Shown: positions 1 to 8,345, counted from the first letter of the stretch. The stretch is DNA of 64,000 nt from Dehalococcoidia bacterium (GCA_963555985.3 OY820591.1:2336001-2400000), one strand, 5' to 3'. The notes: generated from the letters alone by a model not told the origin. Program-made: numbers and translations.

Positions 1-637
1 CGTCCGCCGGCGAGCGGTCGCCTTCCTCGATGATCGCGAGCGCGAGCTCGGCGGTGCCGGCGTAGCGGACACGGACCTTGATCCCGGTCTGTTCTTCAAA
101 GCGCTCGATAATCCCGCCAACGAGCGACTCGCCGCGACCGGAGTAGATCGTCAGCGTGCCCGGGTCGGTCGGCGAGGTCGCGCTCACCGCGCTCGAGACG
201 AGCCAGCGGTTCGGCGTGGTATCGGCGGGGAAGATGCGGCCTCTCGGCAACAAGTCTTCGCCGTCGGCGCGAACGCCGAACTCGGTGTCGCCGTCGGCCT
301 GGCGGCGCGCGATCACCTGGAGTTGCACGCCATGCCGCTCAACGACCGAGCTCACACGCCAGCGACTGTCGGTGATGCCGGCGGAGAAGATGCGGCGCGT
401 CGGGGTGAGGTTGATTCCGTCCGCGCGCAGGCCGAATTCGATATCGCCGTCGGATTGCAGGCGAGCGCGAACCTGAACGTCGAACATCGAACCGGCTTGC
501 GCTCCAGCCGGGGCAATGACGCTGAACACGCCGGCCAGCAGGGCGGTCAGCGCGAGGAGTCCCAGCAGTTGGCGAGTCAGCCGCCTGTGCAGATGGGGCA
601 GGGGGAGCCTCCCGGCTCCTGGCGAGGTGGTCGGCAT
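1..637 (-). CDS. Fe(III) ABC transporter substrate-binding protein (FutA/AfuA-like) with two N-terminal repeat modules; 5' part only, runs off the window edge
   Basis: Not in the ORF track. Manual translation from ATG 637 (RBS AGGAGA) gives a signal peptide (..LLGLLALTALLAGVFSVIAPAGA-Q), two ~45-aa repeats, then GTLTIYSGRGESLVGGIIERFEEQTGIKVRVRYAGTAELALAIIEEGDRSPAD, a typical iron SBP N-terminus. Confidence 0.85.
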   Translation of the reverse strand, partial: MPTTSPGAGRLPLPHLHRRLTRQLLGLLALTALLAGVFSVIAPAGAQAGSMFDVQVRARLQSDGDIEFGLRADGINLTPTRRIFSAGITDSRWRVSSVVERHGVQLQVIARRQADGDTEFGVRADGEDLLPRGRIFPADTTPNRWLVSSAVSATSPTDPGTLTIYSGRGESLVGGIIERFEEQTGIKVRVRYAGTAELALAIIEEGDRSPAD

Positions 638-769
638 CAATCACTCTCCTTTGCGGATGCACTTCCAGACGCCGCACGAGCGTGTTCGTCCGGCTATGAG
701 GAGAGTTTATGGGTTAGGTTGCAGAATATGCAAGCAATGCGCCAAAAGTCGGCAAACAGAGCCGTTCGG

Positions 770-1072
770 CTACCAGGAACTCTTGCGCACGCCCGGGAGC
801 AGGCCCAGTGAGGCCATCTCGCGGAAGGTGATCCGCGAAAGCCCGAACTTGCGCATGTAGGCGCGCGGGCGGCCCGTGACCGCGCAGCGATTCTTGAGGC
901 GGGTGGGACTGCTGTTGCGCGGCAACTGCTGCAACTGGAACTGAATCCGCTGCTTCTCGCCGGGCTGCTCGGTCTCGCGCAGCTGCTGCTTCAGCGACTC
1001 GCGCTTGGCCTTGTACTTCTCGTGCATCCTGCGGCGCTTCAGATCGCGGTGAATGTTGCTCTTACGGGCCAT
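770..1072 (-). CDS. rpsN: 30S ribosomal protein S14, long C-minus (Zn-independent) type
   Basis: MARKS...[49 protein letters not shown]. 100 aa with only one Cys, so no CxxC..CxxC ribbon. Confidence 0.97.
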   Translation of the reverse strand: MARKSNIHRDLKRRRMHEKYKAKRESLKQQLRETEQPGEKQRIQFQLQQLPRNSSPTRLKNRCAVTGRPRAYMRKFGLSRITFREMASLGLLPGVRKSSW

Positions 1073-1175
1073 ACAGTCCGGCTTTCTCTACCGATGCGCG
1101 ACGAAACTCGGGCGGCACATGCCCTCAGCCTACCCGCCAGCGCGGATAGAGGACAGTCGCCGCCGCTGCACTCGC

Positions 1176-1637
1176 TCACTCGCGCCGCTTGCGTTTCTCA
1201 ATCTCCCGGCCCTGCTTCTGCTCCAGCCGGCCCAGCGCGCGGCCTTTGTCGGGGTGCGGATCGATGCGAACGCCGTAGTTGACGCGGCCTTCGTGACCTT
1301 CGGGCAAGTACTCCGTGATGGGAAGACCTTCCTCATCGCAGAAGAGCAGTCAATGGCAGTACTTCCAGCGCTGCATCTCCTCGCAGGGGCAGATCCAGGT
1401 GGATTCCTTGACCTCTTCCGCCTTGTCCTCATAGAAGTTGCAGGGACAGAGCGGACGCCCGTAGTCGTCGATATGTTTGGCCAAGCCGATCACCAGAAAT
1501 TCGGTGATGTCGTGCTCGGGATGCAGATAGGACCCGCTCTTCTCCGCGAAGTTGCGGGCGAACTTCCACATCTTGTTCAGGTTCTTCTCCGACGCCTGCT
1601 GACGATCGTCGTCGCTGACTCGCTCGACATCAGCCAT
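1176..1637 (-). CDS. Ferredoxin:thioredoxin reductase catalytic subunit, selenocysteine-containing (UGA at 1352-1350), 153 aa
   Basis: Motifs CPC, CPC and CH-[TGA]-LLF match the FTR CPC/CPC/CHC-LF signature. The frame stays open for 57 more codons (LLFCDEEGLPITEYLPEGHEGRVNYGVRIDPHPDKGRALGRLEQKQGREIEKRKRRE) to TGA 1178-1176. A hairpin follows the UGA. Confidence 0.9.
1312..1342 (-). promoter_or_regulatory. Putative bacterial SECIS element
   Basis: mRNA UCUGCGAUG-A-GGAA-GGUC-UUCC-CAUCACGGA: stems GAUG/CAUC and GGAA/UUCC, a bulged A, and a G-leading 4-nt apical loop starting 22 nt after the UGA. Confidence 0.8.
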
Positions 1638-1694
1638 AAGTCACTCCCCGCCCGTGCCTGCGGCCCGCATCTGCGGAGCCTGTGTCCACCGTAC

Positions 1695-2591
1695 TCAGTT
1701 GTCGCTCTCCTGGCGTCCGCGCAGGAAGTTCTCTAGGTCTTCTATCAGCGCGTCGGCAGAGGGAAGGTCAGCTGCGCCACCTTGGGACTGCGCTTCCGGC
1801 GCGGCCGGTTCGGGCGCGGCCGCTTCCAGCCGCGCTACATATTCGCGCAGCTCGGGATTCTCGCTGAGCGCTTCCTCGAGCTGCGCGTGGAATCGCTGAA
1901 TCGCGCGATCCAGCGGCTCCAGATCGAGGCGCAGGTCAGTCATGTCGCCAACCACGCGAAGCAACGCCTGAGCGCCGACCGGGTTCGTGATCCCGGGCAG
2001 ATAGTGCGGCACCGAGGCCCACAGGCTCACGCCGCCCACGTCTCGCCGGCGGCAGTGATCGTGAAACACGCCCACGATCCCGCTCGGGCCTTCAAAGCGC
2101 GAGGGATGCATGTTGTAGCGCTCGGCCAACTGCGAATTGTTCGCCGAACCGGAGACATGCACCGGTCGCGTGTGCGGCGCGCCGCTGGCGACCGCGCCCA
2201 TCGAGAGCACCAGCTTGGCCCCGATCACATCCACCAACTCCGACATCGCGGCCAGATAGCGCCGCCAGCGATAGTGCGGCTCAATCCCCAGGCCGACGAC
2301 GATATCTCGGCGCGCGCCCGGGCGTGCGCGCAAATGCACGAACTCCGTGCGCGGCCAGACGATGATCCGTTCGCCGCGGTGGTAGCGCGCCATCGGTCGA
2401 GCTTCGGTGAAGTCGTAGAATTCCTCCGGGTCGATGCTGGCGAACGGTCCCGTGCCGTGCTGCTGGATCAGGTACTGGGCCGCCGTCGAGGCTGACTCGC
2501 CAGCGTCGTTCCAGCCCTCCCAGGCCAGAATCAGGATGGGATCGGTGAGATCGGGCAGGCGCTCGATTTGTAGGTCAGGTGAGGTGCTCAT
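1695..2591 (-). CDS. PAC2 family (proteasome assembly chaperone-like) protein
   Basis: ILAWEGWNDAGESAS, IDPEEFYDF..RP, GIEPHY.W, PHTRP, EGPSGIVG, SLWASVPHY, LREYV.RLE, IEDLENFLR. Confidence 0.9.
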   Translation of the reverse strand: MSTSPDLQIERLPDLTDPILILAWEGWNDAGESASTAAQYLIQQHGTGPFASIDPEEFYDFTEARPMARYHRGERIIVWPRTEFVHLRARPGARRDIVVGLGIEPHYRWRRYLAAMSELVDVIGAKLVLSMGAVASGAPHTRPVHVSGSANNSQLAERYNMHPSRFEGPSGIVGVFHDHCRRRDVGGVSLWASVPHYLPGITNPVGAQALLRVVGDMTDLRLDLEPLDRAIQRFHAQLEEALSENPELREYVARLEAAAPEPAAPEAQSQGGAADLPSADALIEDLENFLRGRQESDN

Positions 2592-3495
2592 GGCGGCAGT
2601 CTATCGGAACGCGGGCGAGCGTCCTGTTGAGCGAGCCGCAAACTCGGACTTGGCCGCTCAACTCGCCAAAGACTGGGCCGCAGCCGTGGCAGCCAACCGC
2701 GAACAGGTCGCGCGCGTCCGCGAACAGCCCGAACGAGCCGACCACTACGCGCCGATCGCGGGCGCATTTCGCGCGGATCCGCAGCGTACCGGCGACGAGG
2801 CGCTCAACGCGCTGCTCGCAGTCGCCCAGCCCGGCGATACTTGGCTCGACATCGGCGCGGGCGCGGGGCGATTCGCGCTGGCGCTGGCGCTCCGCGTCAA
2901 GCATGTGATCGCGGTGGAGCCGTCCGAGGCGATGCGCGCCGAATTCGAGACGATCAGTCGCGAGCACGGGATTGAGAACGTCACTCTGCTCGATCAACGC
3001 TGGCCGCCGCCTGAACCGAGGCTGATCGACGGCGTTGATGTCGCCATGATCTCGCACGTGGGCTACGACATCGAGGAGATGGGCGGACTCTTGGACGCGA
3101 TGGAGACCGCCGCGCGCCGCGAATGCGTCGCCTTGATGTATGAACGCTCGCCCGGCTCGCTCTTCCACGAACTTTGGCCGGCGATCCACGGAGAGCCGCA
3201 GGCGCACTTGCCCGCATTGCCGCAGCTGGTGGCGCTCTTGCAAGCTCGCGGCTCCGAGCCGGCCCTGACCGAGATTCCCACGCGGCGCTGGCGCTTCGCC
3301 GCGCACGCTGAGGCCGAAGAGTGGGCGCGGCGGCGCTTGTGGCTTGAGCCCGACTCCGCCCGACTCTCTACCCTGCGTGCAGGCTTGACGGACTTGCTCG
3401 CCGGCGACGGCGACCAACTCAGCTTGCCGGATACGCCCAAACAGATGCTCGTACGCTGGACACGCGCCGGCGTCAGCGAAAGGAACGATCGATGA
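2590..3495 (+). CDS. Class I SAM-dependent methyltransferase (start uncertain)
   Basis: WLDIGAGAGRFAL motif I and VIAVEPSEAM motif II. The stop overlaps the next ATG (ATGA). Confidence 0.85.
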   Translation: MAAVYRNAGERPVERAANSDLAAQLAKDWAAAVAANREQVARVREQPERADHYAPIAGAFRADPQRTGDEALNALLAVAQPGDTWLDIGAGAGRFALALALRVKHVIAVEPSEAMRAEFETISREHGIENVTLLDQRWPPPEPRLIDGVDVAMISHVGYDIEEMGGLLDAMETAARRECVALMYERSPGSLFHELWPAIHGEPQAHLPALPQLVALLQARGSEPALTEIPTRRWRFAAHAEAEEWARRRLWLEPDSARLSTLRAGLTDLLAGDGDQLSLPDTPKQMLVRWTRAGVSERNDR

Positions 3496-4082
3496 ACCGC
3501 GTCCCACCTCTCAGCACCGACGAACTGCTTCAAGTCGCTCCCTTCATGCAGGAGATGCGCGACAACGGCGTCACGATTCCCACCTCGCTGCACGTGCTCG
3601 GCTACCGCCCGCGCGTGCTGGAAGCGTTCGGGCCGTTCTTCGGCTCGATCATGCGCGAAGGCGATGTGCCCGCCGGACTCAAGCAGCTGATCGCGCATGT
3701 CGTCTCCCGTTCGGCCGGCTGCCTCTACTGCCAGGCCCACACCGGTCACTTCGCGCACACGCTCGCGGGCGAGACGTTTGATCGCGTGGAGGCGGTCTGG
3801 GCGTTCGAGACTTCGGAACTGTTCAATGACGCCGAGCGCGCCGCTCTGCGCCTGGCGCGCGACTCCGGGGTCGTGCCGAACGCGGCCACCGACGAGCATT
3901 TTGAGGAGCTGCACAAGCACTGGTCGGACTCGGAGATCGTCGAGATCGTGAGCGTGATCTCGATGTTCGGCTTCCTCAACCGCTTCAACGACACGCTCGC
4001 CAACGCGCTGGAACCGGACGCGATCGAGTTCTCCGAGAACCACCTCGTTGAGGCTGGCTGGACCGTCGGCAAGCACGGCTGA
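3492..4082 (+). CDS. AhpD/carboxymuconolactone decarboxylase family protein
   Basis: LKQLIAHVVSRSAGCLYCQAH (CxxC..H) and FGFLNRFND. Confidence 0.9.
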   Translation: MNRVPPLSTDELLQVAPFMQEMRDNGVTIPTSLHVLGYRPRVLEAFGPFFGSIMREGDVPAGLKQLIAHVVSRSAGCLYCQAHTGHFAHTLAGETFDRVEAVWAFETSELFNDAERAALRLARDSGVVPNAATDEHFEELHKHWSDSEIVEIVSVISMFGFLNRFNDTLANALEPDAIEFSENHLVEAGWTVGKHG

Positions 4083-4188
4083 GCAAACTCACCCTCCCTC
4101 CTCGTTGGCGGTTGATCAGGCGCGGGTGGGAAATTTCTGGTCGCTACGGCGAATTTGCAGCCGTGGATAGGAAATTGGGCGTTGGGTA

Positions 4189-4296
4189 GTCCGGAAAAGT
4201 CCAGATTTGTCCAGATCCGTCTAGATTTGAGGATATCTAGAGCGGAATTGTGAGTGTGAATCCGGGTTTGTCTGAGGATGTCCCGATCGGTTCCGG
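4189..4296. repeat. Degenerate 10-bp-period array (GTCCAGA-like core)
   Basis: GTCCGGA 4189, GTCCAGA 4199, GTCCAGA 4209, GTCTAGA 4219; looser 10-bp-spaced units at about 4260-4295. Confidence 0.55.
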
Positions 4297-4443
4297 CGGT
4301 CATGGCGGGTTCCGTTGATTGTGGTCGGAGTGTTGTCTGCGGGCGATGGTATATGGACTGGTGTTCGATAGCGGAACTCGGGTTGGGAGAGGTGTTGCGG
4401 GGGTGACAGTTGGGTTGGGCCTTGGGCGTACGTCGATGTACTC

Positions 4444-4564
4444 CGTCCCCCGTTCAAGCCGGGGGCAGGCTATTGCCGCGCTCCGGCGCGGCAATCTCGC
4501 CGAGTTGAGCCGGAACGTCGGTGCAGAACACGGCGAGATACCCGCGGCAAGCGCGGGTATGACG
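4444..4564 (-). repeat. CGTC-tagged palindromic (REP-like) composite element
   Basis: Minus strand CGTCATACCCGCG-CTTGC-CGCGGGTATCTCG ... GCGAGATTGCCGCG-CCGGAG-CGCGGCAAT. Near-identical to 43979-44075; first hairpin also at 51490. Confidence 0.85.
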
Positions 4565-4610
4565 ATCTTTGATTTACGCGCAGGTCTCCCCTGGGAGAGG
4601 TTTGGATTGT

Positions 4611-5507
4611 TTAGCGCGGCTTCTCTCGGATGGGATCTGGCGCGCCTCGGAAGAAGGCTCCTCGGTAGATTGCCGTATCTCCGCGTACTCTCGCCTCCCA
4701 CTCCTGATCGGTCATGGCTTCGCGGAGGCGGATGGTCTGGATCGTGTCCTCTCCGACCGGCCAGCGCATTGGCAGCTGCTGGACGAGTTCCACGATGTCG
4801 GCTACTGCGGTCGCTACGCTGCGCGAGCCGGGGCGGGTCGCCGCCCGCTTGCGGAATTCGGACAGGGCGAGGTCGGCCGACTCCTGGTAGACGCTGCGGC
4901 TTTCGCGCACGGCCGCCGCGACGTCCAGATTCGTGGTCTGCCAATCGCTCTGATACATGCCCGGTTCGAGGATCGTGACCTCCACGCCCCAGCGCGAGAC
5001 CTCGTAGCGCAACGCCTCCGACATCGCTTCGACCGCCCACTTGCTCGCGGCGTAGAGACCCAGCAGCGGTCCCACGATTCGTCCGGCCAGCGAGGAGACG
5101 TTGATGATCTTGCCGCTGCCCTGCTCGCGCATCGCCGGCAACACGGCTTGAGCGACGCGGATCTGGCCGACGAAGTTCGTATCCATTTCGCGCAGGATCT
5201 CGTCCTCGCTGAACTCCTCGACCGGCCCATAGAGGCCGTAGCCGGCGTTGTTGAAGAGCGCGTCGATCCGGCCGAAGCGCGCCAGCCCCGCCTCCACTGC
5301 GGCGTCAATCGAGGCGCGCTCGGTCACGTCGCAGCGGGCGATACAGACCAGCTCGGGATCGATGCCGGCCAGATTCGGCCCGTCCCGATCGGGATTGCGC
5401 ATCGTCGCGATCACGCGGTGACCGCGTTGCGTCAGCTCTTCCGCCGCGGCCAGGCCGAAGCCCCGCGATGCGCCGGTAATCAATGTGACCTGCCGTTCAA
5501 GTACCAT
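4611..5507 (-). CDS. Short-chain dehydrogenase/reductase (SDR)
   Basis: TGASRGFG, NNAG, SS, YAASK, EPG. Confidence 0.95.
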   Translation of the reverse strand: MVLERQVTLITGASRGFGLAAAEELTQRGHRVIATMRNPDRDGPNLAGIDPELVCIARCDVTERASIDAAVEAGLARFGRIDALFNNAGYGLYGPVEEFSEDEILREMDTNFVGQIRVAQAVLPAMREQGSGKIINVSSLAGRIVGPLLGLYAASKWAVEAMSEALRYEVSRWGVEVTILEPGMYQSDWQTTNLDVAAAVRESRSVYQESADLALSEFRKRAATRPGSRSVATAVADIVELVQQLPMRWPVGEDTIQTIRLREAMTDQEWEARVRGDTAIYRGAFFRGAPDPIREKPR

Positions 5508-5581
5508 GTTGAAAGCCTCAATACTCTGTCCTGCCCGGTTGTGATGATGGTAGTGAGCGGGACAGCTAGCAAGAGTCCCTA

Positions 5582-6613
5582 GTGGAATGGTTCACCGATC
5601 CATGGTCGTTTGAGTTCATGCGGCGCGCACTTCTGGCCGGGCTCATCGTGTCGGTGGCCGCAGGGATGGTCGGCGCCTTCGTCGTCCTGCGCGGTCTGGC
5701 CTTTCTTGGTGATGCGGTCGCACACACCCAGCTCGCGGGCGCCGCAGTCGCGCTGGTCCTGGGTGGAGGCGCAGTCCTGATCACACTGGGCGCCGGCGTC
5801 GCGGCGGTGCTGACGGCCTTGGGCGTGGCCCTGCTCACGCTGCGCGGGCGACTGCGCGCGGACACCGCGATCGGCATCATGTTCGCCGGGTTCTTCGCGC
5901 TCGGCGTGATGCTGATTTCGAGAGAACGCACCTTCACGATCGATCTGGGCGCATTATTGGTCGGCCACATCTTGGGCGCTTCCTGGACCGATTTGATCGT
6001 GATGGCCGCGTTAACTGCCGTTGTCACCGTGCTGGTTCTGGCCTTCCTGCCGGAGTTGCGGTTTTCGGCATACGATCCTGAGGTGGCCGCTGTCTCGGGG
6101 GTTCCGGTCACCATGATGCAGATCGGACTCCTCGTCCTGATCGCGCTGGCGACGGTGGTGGCGTTTCGGCTCGTCGGGGTGATCTTGGCGGTCGCCATGC
6201 TGGTCGCTCCGGCAGCGGCCGCGGTGCTGCTGACTCGGCGACTGGCGCTGATGATGCTGGTGGCGACCCTGATCGGTGTGTTTTCGACGGTGGTGGGCCT
6301 GTATGCATCGTTTCACTTCGATCTGGCGGCTGGACCGTCGATCGTGCTGAGCGCAGTCCTGGTGATGGTGTTCTCGTTCGTGCTCAGCCCGCGCGGACTG
6401 CGCGGGACATTGCCATCGCTTGAGTTTCTGGCCGCCGACGGCGCGGAGGAAGTTCCACCGCCAGGCTGGCGGCGAACCGCCCGCATCTGCTGGGGCGCGT
6501 GCTGTCTGGTCAGCGACGCCGGCTGGGGCGCGTGTTGCCGGGTCGGCGACGTTTGCTGGGGCGCGTGTTGCCGAGTTGGAGAACGCTTCTCGCTGCGCGG
6601 GCGGGCGGGCTAA
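5582..6613 (+). CDS. Zn/Mn ABC transporter permease (ZnuB/MntB family) with Cys-rich C-terminal tail
   Basis: FEFMRRALLAG, GAFVVLRGLAFLGDAVAH, YDPEVA..SG, VGVILAVAMLVAPAAAA, GPSIVL. Tail ICWGACCLVSDAGWGACCRVGDVCWGACCRVG. Confidence 0.92.
   Translation: MEWFTDPWSFEFMRRALLAGLIVSVAAGMVGAFVVLRGLAFLGDAVAHTQLAGAAVALVLGGGAVLITLGAGVAAVLTALGVALLTLRGRLRADTAIGIMFAGFFALGVMLISRERTFTIDLGALLVGHILGASWTDLIVMAALTAVVTVLVLAFLPELRFSAYDPEVAAVSGVPVTMMQIGLLVLIALATVVAFRLVGVILAVAMLVAPAAAAVLLTRRLALMMLVATLIGVFSTVVGLYASFHFDLAAGPSIVLSAVLVMVFSFVLSPRGLRGTLPSLEFLAADGAEEVPPPGWRRTARICWGACCLVSDAGWGACCRVGDVCWGACCRVGERFSLRGRAG
6484..6582 (+). repeat. 3 x 33-bp in-frame tandem repeat encoding (C/G)WGACC units
   Basis: Core GCTGGGGCGCGTG(C/T)TG repeated at a 33-bp period. 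Confidence 0.85.
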
Positions 6614-7170
6614 TCGGCAGGCTTAAAAATCTGCTGGCGATACCAACGCAGCTCGTCGATCGACTCGCGGATATCGTCCAGCGCCCGATGCCGCTCCTGC
6701 TTGGCGAACTTCTCCAGCTCGGGGTACCAGCGCTTGGCCAGTTCCTTGACCGTCGATACGTCCACGATTCGGTAGTGCAGCCAGTCGACCAGCTTGGGCA
6801 TCTCGCGGTAGAGGAAGCGCTTGTCCTGGTGGACGGAGTTGCCGCAGAGGGGCGACTCGCCTTCGACCGTCCACTGGCGGACGAACTCCAGGATCTCCGC
6901 CTCCGCCTGCTCGATGGTGAGATCCGACGCTCGGACGCGCTTGATCAGGCCGGAGCCATGATGGGTGCGCCGGTTCCAGTCGTTCATCACCGACAGTTCC
7001 TCCTCGCTGCGGTGAATGGCGAGATCCGGTCCGTCGGCGACGATGTTCAGCTCTGAGTCAGTGATCAGCACGGCCGCCTCAATGACGACATCTCGTTCCG
7101 GGTCGAGCCCGGTCATCTCGAGATCGATCCAGACCAGCGGACTGCTGGCCGGCGGCTCAGGGTGAGTCAT
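6610..7170 (-). CDS. orn: Oligoribonuclease
   Basis: LVWIDLEMTGLDP, HHGSGL, PLCGNSVHQD.RFL, HYRIVDVSTVKELAKRW, HRALDDIRESI.EL. Confidence 0.97.
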   Translation of the reverse strand: MTHPEPPASSPLVWIDLEMTGLDPERDVVIEAAVLITDSELNIVADGPDLAIHRSEEELSVMNDWNRRTHHGSGLIKRVRASDLTIEQAEAEILEFVRQWTVEGESPLCGNSVHQDKRFLYREMPKLVDWLHYRIVDVSTVKELAKRWYPELEKFAKQERHRALDDIRESIDELRWYRQQIFKPAD

Positions 7171-7202
7171 GGCCCGCAGCGTAGCGCGGGCAGTCCCAGC
7201 CG

Positions 7203-8345
7203 CTACTGATCGGCGACGGCGCGCGCGTTCGCCAGCAGAATGTCGATGTATGTCGGCTCGTCGTCGGTCGGCTGCGACCAGATCACCCGCCGCTCGACTC
7301 CGGTTTCGTCGGCGATCGTGTCCAGAATCGTGGAGTCGAACTGCGGCTCGTGGAACACGGTTTGAACGCCTTCGTGTTCGATCAGCTCGATCAGTTCGGT
7401 GATCGCCTCGGCCGAGACGCCCTGTTCCGGGCCCTCGACCAGGAAGCCCGCGACAGTCAGGTCGTAGCGGCGGGCGAAGTATCCGAATGCGTCGTGGAAC
7501 GTGAACAGCAGGCGTTTTTCGGCTGGCAGATCGGCAAGCAGCGAGCGAGCTTCTTCGTCGGCCTCGTCAATCTCGTTGAGGTAGTTGTCGCGGCGCTCGG
7601 CAATCGCCTCTTCTGCGTCCGGCTTGAGCGCGATCAACTCCGCCGCAATCGCGGTGACCGAGGCCTTGGCGATGTCGGTGTCGAACCAGAAGTGCGGGTC
7701 CTCGCCAGTGTGGTCGTGTGCGTGTTCTTCTTGCTGCTGTCCGTGTTGCTGCTCTTGTTGCTGCTGTTCCTGGTGATGCTCTTCCTGCTGCTCTTGCTCC
7801 TGCTGTTCCTGGTGATGCTCTTCCTGTTGCTCCTGCTGCTCCTGGTGATGCTCTTCCTGTTGCTCCTGGTGATGCTCTTCCTGTTGCCCCTGCTGCTCCT
7901 CCTGCTGACCGTGTTCCTGCTGTTCCTGGTGATGTTCCTCATCGGAGCCGATCATGCCCTCGAACGGATGCAACTCGTGTCCCATCGCTTCGACGGCATT
8001 GGCCAGCTCGAGCAGGTTGCCCGCGTTCTCTTCGACCGCCTCCTCATAAGCGGATTCCAGTCCGGCGCCATTGATGATCACGAGATCGGCCTCGGCGACC
8101 GCACGGATGTCGTCAACACTGACCTCGAACGTGTGCGCATCAGCGCCAGCGGGGACAAGCGCCCGTACATCGACGAGATCGCCGCCGACCTCGCGCGTCC
8201 AATCGGCGATCACCTGGGTTGAGACGACCACCTGGAGCGGCGCGGCGTCGCCGTCGTCGCTGCCGCAGGCGAGCAACGCCAACGGCGCGAGCAGCGTTGC
8301 CGCGAACACAGCGACGCGCAGCGTCAACCTTCGAAAACGGGGCAT
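7203..8345 (-). CDS. Zn/Mn ABC transporter substrate-binding lipoprotein (ZnuA/TroA family) with long His/Gln/Glu-rich loop
   Basis: Lipobox LLAC, GADAHTFE, NGAGLE, DPHFW, FHDAFGYF. Confidence 0.95.
   Translation of the reverse strand: MPRFRRLTLRVAVFAATLLAPLALLACGSDDGDAAPLQVVVSTQVIADWTREVGGDLVDVRALVPAGADAHTFEVSVDDIRAVAEADLVIINGAGLESAYEEAVEENAGNLLELANAVEAMGHELHPFEGMIGSDEEHHQEQQEHGQQEEQQGQQEEHHQEQQEEHHQEQQEQQEEHHQEQQEQEQQEEHHQEQQQQEQQHGQQQEEHAHDHTGEDPHFWFDTDIAKASVTAIAAELIALKPDAEEAIAERRDNYLNEIDEADEEARSLLADLPAEKRLLFTFHDAFGYFARRYDLTVAGFLVEGPEQGVSAEAITELIELIEHEGVQTVFHEPQFDSTILDTIADETGVERRVIWSQPTDDEPTYIDILLANARAVADQ
7715..7942 (-). repeat. Coding low-complexity tandem repeats (EEHHQEQQ)n
   Basis: Repeated plus-strand unit CCTGGTGATGCTCTTCCTG with variable CTG/CTC spacers. 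Confidence 0.9.

Noticed and set aside
705-735. DtxR/IdeR or Fur box upstream of the iron SBP
   Set aside because: Only a TTAGGTT half-site without its inverted partner; too weak to call.
1350-1637. 95-aa truncated FTR or pseudogene as given by the ORF track
   Set aside because: The TGA aligns with the catalytic Cys, the frame continues with conserved-looking sequence and a SECIS-like hairpin follows, so Sec recoding is the better reading.
4231-4256. lac operator or polylinker-like sequence (GATATC, TCTAGA, GGAATTGTGAG) suggesting vector contamination
   Set aside because: Only 11 bp match lacO and the rest diverges; no other vector sequence is present.
3746-4303. 185-aa minus-strand CDS
   Set aside because: More than half overlaps the AhpD gene antisense and no motif is recognisable; kept only as a possible short orphan in the findings.
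6484-6582. Mini-CRISPR
   Set aside because: The units are contiguous 33-bp tandem repeats without unique spacers and are in frame in a CDS.
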